Source: Tubiluchus corallicola
Lineage: Eukaryota; Animalia; Priapulida
Assembly (NCBI GenBank): GCA_030141605.1
Contig: JAQGDQ010000076.1
Span: 248,001 to 312,000 of the forward strand
Length of the DNA stretch: 64,000 nt
Reading direction: 5' to 3'
In this document: positions 1 through 12,800 of the stretch, piece by piece
Position numbering within the stretch: the stretch's first letter is position 1
How the letters are laid out: each line of letters starts with the position of its first letter
Position numbers and translations under genes: made by a program
Notes under the pieces: generated by a model
The model's database searches: none
Told to the model about the DNA's origin: nothing
The model's input: the letters and a program-made list of their open reading frames with translations, nothing else

Positions 1-1821
1 CTTTAAAATGTTCAATTAGAACAACCAAAAAAAATCAACCTAAAATTTATTTTGCTGTTTTCGGGTGCTTTTAATCATAGTGCAGATAGTAGACAATTAG
101 AACCTGTTAGTATCTGATGTGGGGTTAACGTAACATCCATGCTGATTAGTAATTCATAAAAGTGAGGTACTTAAATATTTATGCACTGTTCAACCAAATC
201 TTTCCCAGATTTTGTTTCACTTTATTTTGGTATTTGCTTACAATAATTTGCATGTAATCAGCATTTCCTGTGGTCGCAATTACCACAAGCTCATCATTGT
301 GCTTGACAAAAAATTTCACCTACTTTTGACAGCAAATGAGGTGGATAAAAAAATAGAGATTATCTAATAAATGTTGGCACTAGCAGCTTACATGCATTGC
401 ACTTAGTCGTGATATATAATTGCTACTGACACATTATTGTTTGCAAATGTACTTCCAGGGCAGAGTAACTGTCCTCTTGGTTTATTGAATTAGTTCATCG
501 GTCTGGTAGAGCTTTGGTAATAAGCTTCATTAGGGCTTCGTGCATTAAGGCACTGAGCTCTTGTTGATCTTAAGCTTGAGCATTTGTCAGAGAAAAGAGT
601 GGCATTGTGACATTAGCATAACACTTGAGTGTGTCCAAGATCACTGTGAGGTCAAACACACTGGTGCAATTTGGGCTGTCAGTTTACTAATTCTCTTTTT
701 ATTGCTTTATTGCTAGTTGTTGATTTTTTTATATTGATACGTTTGTGGCTTAACATGAATAGAACATGTTGAAGTCTTCAAAATTTGAACACCTCAACAA
801 TTTTTTGGTTTTGCAAAACAAAAAATGAAATAAGCATTCAAGATGGAAAGCCAAGCCACTGCTATACTGATAGTAAAAGTCTAGAATGTTTCAAAACAAA
901 CCATCACATTGTAAGCCAGAGTTTTCCTAAAGAAAAGTAAGAGGTGAGATTCAAAACCCTCAATTGATGATTAGTGTGCGCAGTAAAAAAACGAGCAGAT
1001 TTTATGAAACGAAGCAGGGCTTATTTTTTAGTTTTAGTTGTATTTCAATTTCTTGCAAGACATTTTGAATACCATAATAAAATAAAATATAATGAAATAG
1101 AAATTAGTCAAAAAGTAGCAGAAAGTTACTGAAACTTCAGCATGCAAACCAGTAGACTGTAGAATCTTCTAGGCCTATTTTGGAGTAGGATGAGAAATGC
1201 AAGTGGAATTAAAGCTAAATGATGCAGTACTTTTGGCAAAAACACATAAAAATGTCTAATTTTTATTGTCAATGTAATAAACTGAAAACCAGGGCAATAT
1301 CCAATCTACTGATTACTGATTTACCACATTTGTTTCAATAATACATGCTCTTGTCCTTGCCAAGAAATATGCAGCTGAGAGAGTGATTTAGAAATATTTG
1401 AATAGAAGTAATGACTAAACTTTTAAATTTGAATTTGTCGCAGATTTCATGCATGTTTACTTGAAGATTTCATTTATTTAACCCTGTTGTGGTTTATTTC
1501 TTGATAAGGACAAGAGCTCAAATCGTTGGAATGGAATCAGTAACATGCAATAACAAGCAAAAAGTGTATTGCACAGACTCCTAAATATTTAGTAGTTAGT
1601 ATAACAGTTAATTTATAGCTAAACTTACATGCATTCACTTATAATTAAAAATGTAGAAAATTAGTGTTTAGGTTCTATATATTAGTTTTAGTGTTTATTG
1701 ATGCTTTAATTGATATGTTGGTATGTACAGAGAAGTAAAGATGAATTTTCGTTGTAAGAATTTATAGCTGACGAGATTTTTCAACATATTTTTTAGCCTT
1801 TTTGCAATGTTTATTTTTCAG

Positions 1822-3655
1822 AGTTCCAGATAAACAAGATATTGCATTTGGTTCGATTCACCAAGGTCACTTGTGCATGGATACCCTGGGTCATCTATCA
1901 GGGCAAAGTATAGGCTTATATAGCTGTCACCATGCTGGTGGTAATCAGGTAAGTGTCTGAATATATTGAATAACCACTTTTGAAATAACGAGTCCATTAT
2001 TCAATACTTTGATGAGCTATTTAGTTCGATATTCAAGTCAAAACAGTAGTGCCTAATCACCCCGACAGCAAAGTAAATACGTTCATTGATTCAATATTAG
2101 TATGTGTTTATTGCCCTCTACATAATAACTGAAAACTAACTAATATAGTTTTAATTGCGTGGTCTTACTTGTGAAAGATTAAACTTGCATTTTATTAAAG
2201 TTTGAAAACCATATATACCAAAGCAAAAAAATGTGAGAAAAAACTAGAACTGAGCCTCCAATTCAACTGTCACCTTGAATAGCAAGCACAATGTCTTAGA
2301 CTACCCGATCTAAAATTTAATATATTGTTTATTTATTCCCTCAAATAAAAGACATTATTGTTTGGATGACATTGTAAAAATTCACGGTGCACTGACTAAT
2401 CAAAAATACCAAAAGATAACACTAAAAAAAGAAACGAAACATTCTGTTCTGAAAAGAGGTTCTCTGGCTTCTTGTAACTCAATCTTTAGACAAATAAAAC
2501 TCTTCAGTATACCGCGGACAATTAGCACTCTCCAGTGTAGAATGGAATAAAACGCACTATCAGAAACCTTCACACTGTACTAGCATTTGTGTCTTGTGCA
2601 ACTTTCTGTAATCGTATAAGGTATATTCTCTGATTTTTATGTCAGTTAGCCTATTATAATTAACAAATTTTGTCCAAACTGTATTTTCTTTACTTATTTA
2701 ACTTGTTTTGCTATAGGAATGGTCATTTACAAAAGCTGGATCAATTCGACATGGTGATCTGTGTTTAGATGTGGTAAACTTTGATCCAGGGTCACCATTA
2801 ATAATGCGCCCTTGTAAGGGATCAAACACACAGGTGGGTTACCAGATGCTAGATGTCTTTTGTAAATTAAGAGTTATTGTTTCATGTTTTATCTTTAGAA
2901 TGTTAAAGTACTTAAAGTTAGACTGCACCACACACACGCACACACAGCTAGTAATTAGAAAAATGTTAATACATGAGATTAGCTTTTAATAGGTAAGTTT
3001 TTTTATACAGCATGGCTCTCTGTGAGCTGTGATCCAGCTTGCAATGCTAGTCCTTTTTAATGTAAACGGTTATGGTGGGATGGGAACCTAGCTCATTAGC
3101 AAGGAGATTTGTTTTAGCAGTGTTCAGATGCATGTATAACCTGCCTTCATGAGATAAACAGCAGAATGGCAGATCAAATCATCCAGAGGCAATTGTCTAG
3201 GCAGCCATAAATCCATTTCGTAGATAATCCTAGACTTGCTTAAAATCAGTTGCTAAGCTCACACCATGACCACTCAGCTATCTTCACTGTTAAAGTGAAA
3301 AGCTTACCATGTATTTTGAAAAGTCGTTAGGCATATTTAATGTAGCCACAGTCATTAATTTTTGTTTGAGGCTAAGCTATTTGCACGTGTTATAATGAAA
3401 TTACTTGCCTAGAACTGTGCGGTTTTGCATGACTGTTTTTGCTGAAAGTGTAAAATTCACGATGAAAACTAATGCCTTCACATCTCTTTGCAGAAGTGGG
3501 TGCGGACAGAAAATGAGAAAATGTTTAAGCATGTGATATCTGGACAAGATTTTTGCATAGACAGTGTAGACCACAGCAATAAAGGCATTACTATTGAAAA
3601 GTGCGATAAGAACGTGTTAACACAGCACTGGAAATTTTCTTTAAACAAGTTATGA
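1822..3655 (+). CDS. GALNT2: Polypeptide N-acetylgalactosaminyltransferase 2-like, C-terminal ricin-B lectin domain (last 3 exons; 5' part lies upstream of the window)
   Basis: GT-AG exons 1822-1948, 2717-2833 and 3494-3655 join in frame: [42 protein letters not shown]|[39 protein letters not shown]|[53 protein letters not shown]. The QxW ricin repeats are present and the sequence closely resembles the recalled GALNT2 C-terminus (VPDHQDIAFG...CLDTLGH...CHNAGGNQEW). Confidence 0.92.
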
Positions 3656-5770
3656 TGGACGGCATATTGTCGTCTTAGTGCATAAGGTGTCACAGTGATT
3701 ACGCATTTAATTGTGTTGTGGGACTACACAGACTACAAAGAAGGATGGCTTAGACTGTTTTTAGAGGTTGAAAAATGGCTGACACTTTGTACCATGTGAA
3801 GGTTATTCTTCTTTGTTTTCCCCTGACGAAAGATTGGAAGAACCATTCTCGCCAGTAAACATTCTTACTATTGTTTTCAGCAACAGTGCTTCACATGTAG
3901 TTACACCTGGTCATAACCTTCTGGATTGTTGAACGCCAGAAGAAATTGTCAGGGTTTTGTTGCTGGCAGACCGGTCACATAGTTAGTGTGCTAAAATGAG
4001 TTGGCAGTGTCTTCAGTTCTTTATGCTCGAGAAGATAGTTGTTGATTTTCATTTTGATATCAGCGAACTTCCAGTTTCGTTTTAAAAAACATTCCACACA
4101 AACAAAATGTGCAAAGCCAGAATCGATTTAACTTCACGTGCTTCCTAACGGAAACTGTTTTAAGCAGGCATATAAGCTATGTACAAAAAACAAGAGACTG
4201 TAGTTATTTTTAGTTTTTAGTTTTGGGACATGGTTTAGTTATTGTTTCTAAAATAGATTGTCCTCCTAGGCAATTATTACAGTCTAGTATCGTATACGAT
4301 TTTAATTTTTAGTCCAAAATTAAACAGTGAGCATGTAATTTTTCTAGCTATTCAAGACACACTAGTCAGGTTTTTGTTTGTAATCGACCGTTTTCGTCTT
4401 ATTTACGTCCCTAGTCATTTTATCGTGATATAGTATGCTGTTAAGTTGTATGAGTGAGTAACTTGATTTTTATTTCGTAAATTCAGCAATGCTGTTAAAA
4501 CTTACAATAATAATTTATTTACCGTACTGCATATATCATTTTAGTCAAATTTTTGTACAATTCAGGGAATATGCTTTGTGCACAGTTTCTTGCAGTACCT
4601 GTTGTTTTGTTCACTAGTTAGTCTTTGGTTCTTATGTAATGCTCAGGCATACGTTTTCCAGAAATGTTTATTTTATCCCTTATTTTTGGTTTTTAAAAGT
4701 TTGTCATTGAGGCACGTTTAAAAACAATTGTTTTTTTTTCTAATTCACTTCCACCAGTTTTTCTTGTTGCGTCAATGCCAAACCAAGTTTTATAAAAATT
4801 ACCAGTATCTTTTTTATTTTACTAAGTTACTAAGCTAGTGCAAGACAAAATCCACCATTTGTTTTATAAGTGGCTAATTTGTGCTAAATGCATCAATCTT
4901 CAGTGTTGTTAAAATGCTATTACATATTTAGAAATGTCTGTAAAAAATAATGACCATAAAAAACCCAGTGTTTGGCCAGTATAACTGGCTGCAGTCCAGT
5001 GCACAATTGCACGTTTACAAAAACTAAATGAAAGTCCATTGAAAAACTATTTTTTAATCATCAAAATCACTTCAATGTGGAAATAAACTCAAAAGAGGAA
5101 TTGATACAATTACTATGTTCTATGATCTTGGCAATATCATTGTTCTTTCACTAGCAAGAGGAGATAAAGTTACGGCTACATCTTAGATGAAATTAAAGGT
5201 GTAGCTCTTGATCTCATTTTTACTATAAATCTGTTAAGTAAGCCACAGTTATTTCACTTTTATTACAAATGTCATGTGACTTTATTCAGTGCCAATCAGT
5301 GTGTCACAAATGTAAGGTTAACGCATGTCATGGTAAGGGTACAGGTACATGTGCAAGGTCACATGTAACATAAAATTTGAGCATATTTCTGATTTTAGCC
5401 TTTTCTTTTTAATGCCCTTTACTGCAAATGAAAGTTTTTGAAGACCGTTGTACTTTGCTATGATGTGGAGTCTAAACTCAAGTCAGGGTACCAAGTCAAG
5501 GGAAATTTTGTTAATCACAATTGTTAAACTGTTAAATAAAAATAAAAATGTTTCCTTGTAAAAGAACTTCTCGCATACAATTAACAAGTTTTATATTGCG
5601 ACGTGATTATTAGTCAGTATCTTATTGTACAATTACTTGTAAATTTTATAAAAAAATTATGTATATATATGTGATGTGTAATAGTTTGTAAATATGTTTA
5701 TTGTTCATATCAGAACGTTTAATTGGCATTTTTATGACTTGTCTGTTTTGCATCTTTTGTATTGTAACAG

Positions 5771-5776
5771 AATAAA
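5771..5776 (+). terminator. Candidate polyadenylation signal of the GALNT2-like gene
   Basis: AATAAA at the end of an about 2.1-kb U-rich 3'UTR-like stretch, followed by T-rich sequence. Other AATAAA copies exist upstream, so the assignment is tentative. Confidence 0.35.
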
Positions 5777-6273
5777 CATGCTAATTTTGCTACATTTTAA
5801 TGTTGACTTTGACTGATTTCCCAAACAAATAAATGCTACTTAAAAAATTACGAAGCGCAATATACACCCAAAAATACTTATTGCACAATTTGTTTATTTT
5901 TAATATCTCTGTTATGTACATAAATGCTAAATTGCTAAATACTTGTCACCAATGAACATGGACAATAGTTCAAATAAAATTACTTTAACAGCTTATATTC
6001 CTTTCAGTGACTATACGTATTTCGGTATACAAAACACAAGAAGTTTCTTTACATGTTGTATTGGGAGGGCCACAAAATATGTACAATAACAAATTTGAAG
6101 TGATGCAGTTGTAATTATATACATGTATTTCATCATATTTACACAACAAGCTGTGGATGTATATAGCTAATACTAGATCAACCAAATGACTGAAAGCCAA
6201 AGAACAAATAAACAAAGTCATGCTCAAACAGAAAATTAGAAAAAAATCTAAATGGTTATGCAACCATTTATTT

Positions 6274-6755
6274 TTTATTATTAAAACAACACAACTTTTA
6301 TTAAAAACTAAATTACAACTGTTCAAAAACGTGCAAATGTTTCGACAGCAATCTGCTCATTCAGCTGTCATAATTAGTGGTACACTATACATCTACAGTA
6401 TAGACAATAATGCACTAATTATGTATTTACAAAGAAGCCAAGGTAATGAATGCACAGATCTGGAGAAAAGAAATACATATAGTAACAGATAGCTAAGTAT
6501 TTGAAAATAAAGTAAATGGAATTGAACTAATAAGCACATAAAGAGGATTTACTTGTATTTACCTCTTTGTAAATACACAATTAGTGCGTAATTTTCCCTA
6601 CTGTCGACTCTGCCTATTTATACTGCTTTGTTGTTTGTATAGTGTACCACTGATGATTACAGCTGATTGCCGTCAAAAGGATTGAATTCAAAAGGATTTT
6701 TTAAACAGTTACAAATTATAGTTTGTAATAAAAGTTGTGTTGTTTTAATAATAAA
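6274..6755. mobile_element. Inverted-repeat (foldback) relic resembling Penelope-like element pseudo-LTRs, with degenerate hammerhead cores
   Basis: The left arm TTTATTATTAAAACAACACAACTTTTATTA...AGTGGTACACTATAC...GCACTAATTATGTATTTACAAAGA is reverse-complementary to the right arm TCTTTGTAAATACACAATTAGTGC...GTATAGTGTACCACT...TAATAAAAGTTGTGTTGTTTTAATAATAAA. The arms carry CTGATGA / GACAGC..GCTGTC / GAAAC motifs. Confidence 0.6.
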
Positions 6756-6828
6756 CGCTTTGAAGTGCCTGTGTAGATTTACATTTTGCTAATGAAAGCT
6801 AGTGTCTTTACTTAAAAAGTTATGACTA

Positions 6829-9800
6829 TCAAGATCTCTGGTGTCTGGCAGGCAAGAGATGACTATCTTTGGATGCGTTTCTTTTATTCTTCTTCTGAAG
6901 ATATTTTTCCAGCTTCCCAGAAGCTCTCAGTTGTTTGTAACGTTCAGCTAACAACAATTTCTTCTTTTCAGCTAAAATTATACAAATCAAATAATACTTC
7001 TTTGCAACTGAAAAAATGATAAGTTTTTGATTACTCAAACATTGTAGGTAATGTTTAAGAGCACATCAAATGCTGATGCTTATTGCAGGAAAGATTTTTC
7101 TCATTTATTGATTGGTTAACAGCTAGGCCTAAGTATTTACAGCACTGTTCTTGATACAGTGCAGTGTTTCTTGCACTGCATAGCACAATACCTTGCTAAG
7201 CTTATAGTAAATGATTTGCGACATTAATAGCAAAAATCGAATATCACATGAGGCATTGGTAAGAGTTTACTCGGAGTCAAGGTAGAAGTTATAGACATGC
7301 ATAGCAGCGCAATCTCAAAATGGGCCAGCTTTTGGACATGTCTAAAGTCATAAAGTTTTATTTAAATCAATGCTATAAGAAATTTTTGTATTTATTGTGA
7401 TGGAATGAATTGAAAGCTGCAATGAAATGTTTGCTTTTTAATAGAAAGAACTGAGTGAAAAACAAATCTAATCACATTTAAAATTTTTGCAACGAAAATG
7501 CCATTAAAAGTACAGTACACACTGGAATATATACAGGTCTTGCATTTTTTTAAATGAGGGATTTTAAATCAATTGATTTCAGGACATTTGATAAATCTCA
7601 GAGGAACAAAACTAAAATGAAATGTAAAAATTTCAGCCTAAATTTCATGAAAAGTTTATATATATATAGTTATGCAACTTTGCATTTAAATTAAGTAAAT
7701 TAAAAAGAAGTCTTCAGTTTTATTAACTTATTACTTCTTGGCTGAATCGGTCCACTAAAAGGGAAGCACGTAAGTGACTCAATGGACCTTATACTTCCTT
7801 CACAATGCATGAGCTTTAACTGTCGGTTATGTTGCATATATTTTCCATCATATCATACTGCACTGTATCCCAACACACTATACCACACTATATCATCCAA
7901 CCATTTCATTGCTTCACATTACTCATTTAGCGACACTTAACAAACCTGCATATATAATTTTATTCAAAGTCCATCTAAGTGAAAAAAAAATGGCAAATTA
8001 TGCCACTTTTTATGGCCTCTTTGAAATGAAATAGATTTGACCTAATATTATGATTAGACCACTAACACAAAATTATTTGTTTATAAGTTCTACGATCACT
8101 AGAGCTGGTACAACAAAGGCTTACATCTCTTCAAGAAGAATGGCTTCTTTCCTTGTTTGACTAACTCTTTTTCCTTCTTCTTTGCCTCTCTTTCCTTCTC
8201 TTTTGCAGCTAATCTTTCTTGGGTGGTTCGTTCTTCTTGTTCCTGTAATATAAAGTCAAGTTAAGAGAATCACCTTAAAGAAGCACCTTTTCTTACCTTA
8301 TGAGAATTCATACTATAATTATTACATATATGTGATTTATATGATTACAACTATTTTTAAAATATCAAAAATATTAGTATAACTGGTATCAACTTTTTTC
8401 TGAAAGTAGCTAACAATTAAAAATGTCATTAATAAGACTATGACTGTGAATGTTCTGGCAGTCACAGTCATAATCTAATTAATAATATTAGTAAAAATTA
8501 TTTTATACTGTTATAAACAGTTTCTTTCTTTGCAACATAATTTTTATTTTATTGACACTCATTATTGTATCTCAGACTGTTAAGTGTCTATGTTTTGATA
8601 TATGACAAAAAGGAAAACTATACACACACTAATACATATAATACCTAAACACCTCTAAGCATAAAATTGCAAAGTTACCATTTGTTTGACCAAACGCTTT
8701 AGTTGTTCTTTTCTCTCTGTATCTTTTTCTTTTTGCACAATCTTTAGGATTTTCTAAAACAATGCAAGCAAAATGAGTTTTTAGTGTGTAACAAGTTGCA
8801 ATGAAAGTGAAAAAGGTAAGCAAGGTAAGACAAGTAATATTTAGAAAAACAGTAGCCTATAATAGATTGACTTAGTTGAAAATCAAAATTTCTGAATTGT
8901 AAAATCCTGGAAAGTATACAAGCATCAAACTCACACACATATTAGAAGAGTATTAGACTTAGAATAAACAACCTAACAAAAACATTAATATTTGGGAGTT
9001 TTGTGAGAAAAATATTAGCAGCTAAATTACGGCAGACATGTTACATAAATTTGCTGAGTACGCTACCACATGTGACTATAATAGACACAGCAAAAATATT
9101 CGATTAAAAAACTTAATATTTGGGAATTTTGGTAAGCTATATCAAATGCATAAATGAATACTAGGTAAACTAGTCATCATATATGACTATTTGTAGTGCA
9201 TTACCAACTTTTCTCTTTGTTTTACATCATGCAAAAACGAGTATGATTTGTTGAATATGTCTTCACTGAATTCTCCAGACAAGTCATCAAACCTTGGATC
9301 TCTGTAAACCTGCAATGAAGCAAAAAAGAAAATTACAAGCTCATACATGCATAAGATTTGTGATTATAAACTTTTACACTAAAGACATACAAGACAATAA
9401 CATCAGACATACCATGAAGATAATTTGCATTTTATTGGATTGTGGATTTTATTGACTTTGGATTATAGACGACAGTAATGAAGTTAACTTTCTGGTGTGA
9501 CAGTGTAACTTAATTTAACATTTGAATAAATTTGCTTATACGGCATAAGTTCAATGTTTGGCATGTGTTAAGAAAGATTTAGATTACAAAATGCTTACGC
9601 CTGTTTATAGTTTATCAAATTACTTCAGAATTACTAAGTGCATATGACTGCAACTAGTGCAATTACACATTTGCATTGGTTTTTTAATTCGCTCCTAGAT
9701 GGCAGACAAAAGCTGCTCAGTTACCATAGCAACACCAACTTTAGCAATGCCCTTTCGGGCAGTGTGATGTTAAAAGCTACAACAGGATAATGAATATAGC

Positions 9801-12800
9801 GGCTGCGTGTCACAAACACCATGGCAACCCATTGTTCCAGCTAAGCTGTGTCTTGCTGCTGCGTGAAATTTTATACAAATATCATTAGCGCACAAAAATA
9901 TTATGTTCAACATTTGCATAAATAACATATTCCGGTTGGAAAATGCTGGCTGTTTTTGTTTAAGTAGGCAAATAATTTAACTACTTGAGAAAAATCTGCT
10001 GGTACCCCATGAAAAACACTTTCTCAACAAAACAGCACAAAACACTTAATAAATTTACCGAAAATGCACAAACCATAAAAATGATCTTGACACAAAAATG
10101 TGATCATTACAAAGTTTAGGGACCCCTCTTAATAGATCCGTTGGCCGTTCTTACCTGTAAATACATTGTAACAAAATTAACAAATATTGTGTTTTAAGTG
10201 AAATTCCTCAATGGCCACAAGTTGATCAGACACAACAATGAAACTTGTACTTGCATTATTTGCAGTCGCTTGGAAACTAAAAAATGGTATTTTTTTGTCA
10301 AAAACAAACAATATTATTTAACTATTGTGAATTTTGTTGTCACACAAAAATAACCAAAAAAGTGACACTGACAGTAACCAACTAAATGAGTCGATCAATG
10401 AAAATCATAAAAAACCCATCTTGGCAAATGCTTATTCAGAAGGTGAGTAAGCACTCCTGGAAACCTTGTAGTTGGATGCAGAATACAAAATTTAAACCAT
10501 AAGAGGTTGACAATGCGAAAATCAGAAAATTGTCTAATCTAGGTAATACCATTTTAAAAAACATACCAATGCTCCCCTAACAAGAGCACAAAAAGCAAAC
10601 CGTCAACTTGACTGCCATAGTTGTCGAATTACCATGTCATGATCCATGGTTTGTTTGAATACAAAAAAAGGTGACAAAAAGAATCTTGCAAATTTTATGG
10701 TTCGTTTTAATTTTTTTGCCTTTTTATCAAACTTTGCTTCAATTTAATTTAACTGGCAGGTAATCAATTGTCACATTTACAAAACATGACATTGTTACAA
10801 CAATAACATTGGACACCATTAACCAAAATTTTAGTTCATTTGTGTAGAAAATATCAGAGAAGCCAATGCTGATAAGGTCACTTTGGAAAACTAAATTGAT
10901 CTGTGTTTTTCCATATTTGATCATTGCATAAATGATGTGTGCGCTCAGTTGTACAAATAAAGGGCAAAAGATCAATCTGTAATACTGAGAGCAGGCTGAT
11001 AGAACTAACCAGCTTAAAGCAAAAACTGTGCACATCATTAACTGACTCGTTTCTGCATCTGTAATGCAACAAAAACATTGACTACTGTTGATAACAAAGT
11101 GGTACCTCTTTATTGCTGATGTTTCTTACATATTTTGCAGCCAACTTTTTGGTGGCATTACTGCATACATCTTGACCAGACTTGCAAATCAGCTTACACA
11201 TCAACCACTGGTTATTTAATTAACAAAAATCCATTCAAAATACATACGAAATCATCTTTCTTACAAAATGCTAAAAATGTTCAGTTTGAAAATGCATACC
11301 TTTTTCTTAACAGGGATAACCTCCCTGAATCGTGAGACTGGCTTCTTAGCCGAGATTTCTGAAGGTCGATTCTTATTTGCTCTTTTGAAAACCTTGTCAG
11401 CCATAGAAGTGCCTGCACTGTCCTGTTTTGTACTCAGCTTCTTCAAATTTCCCAAAATAGCTTCGTTGTAGCTATATAAAACATTAAAATGTTAACCATA
11501 AATTTACAAGCTAAAGATGATTCTTGAAACATACAAAATCCTGTTGTTTCCATGACTGCATTACTGAACGCTACTGCACAATATTAGTTATATAACTGAC
11601 ACAGCACGTAAAACTCTATCAGAAACGCAAGGAAGAAAATTTATCTCATTTATTTATTAAACTAGCTACAATTTGAGTTGTACCAACTACATAGTTACTG
11701 ATTCCCAATTTTCAGGCATCTACACAGTAATAAATATGACTATTTTGATTTTTAATAGACCAACGCAACTATTCCCTGGAACTACCCCAATGTAAAACAA
11801 TTAAGAAATAAACTTGTTCAAGTTCCAAGTTTATTAGAAGCAAAATGAACTCTCAGCAAGTACCTCTCAGCCACAATAAACTTAAGTTCATGTTCACAAT
11901 TTGGTTTTGGCAATATTCAAGTTCCATTTGGAAATCCTATATATGACATCTCTAATCAATAAATCCATTAAAAATGTAGGTCTAACGACAATGCTAGAAT
12001 ATAAATGACTAAGAACTTTGAAGTCAGTCTTTTTGCTATTAAACAACAAACTATTACAGAAAATATTTAATACATTGTACAACACAGAGTGTACATAACT
12101 CTTAACTTCCAACTTAATGGTCACATTCTGATGTCAAAAATACATCAAGCTATTTTAGTTGATTAAAATAAATATCGCAGAAATAGAACAAAAAGACGTT
12201 TATTGGTTAGTTTATAAAAAAATAATACTTTAGGCTTAACTTAAATGATACATACTTTGGACTTAACTTAAATGATATATACTTTAGGCTTGACTTAAAT
12301 GACTGTTATATAATTATTTAACTAACGTTCTGGAATTCATCTTACAGCTTGTGTTTATTTTAGCTTTTTTGCACTCAAATTTGGCTAACTTTCATTGTGT
12401 TTGGCTCAATTTTATCAGGAATTTGGCCTACAAATGACTTCATTATCAGGCAGCCTCGCTCAAAGACCTTACATACTGAACACTGATAAGGCGTATAATA
12501 GACACCATAATTTCGTGCGACTCGAATAACAGAAATTAACTGTTTTTTCTTTCCTTCCTCTCGTTTCCAATCTGGAACTCGCTCGCAAATAAAAAAGATC
12601 ATCCCATCACTATTGTGATAGATATAGCGAATCAATGCACTGTTGCAAAGAATGGTGACAGATATTGAACTTACACTTTGATTCCAACCCGGTCCCGCAA
12701 TTTTTGTAGTTCTTCAAATGACATTGTAGATAAATCTGAAATAAAAATGGCATTATCATAATTATACACAGCAGTGCTAAATAAACTTTATTCTGAAATG

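Noticed and set aside
3220-3290. A-box-like TAGCTGAGTGGT on the minus strand, possible tRNA
   Set aside because: No cloverleaf or intact B-box could be found. At most it is a decayed tRNA-derived SINE.
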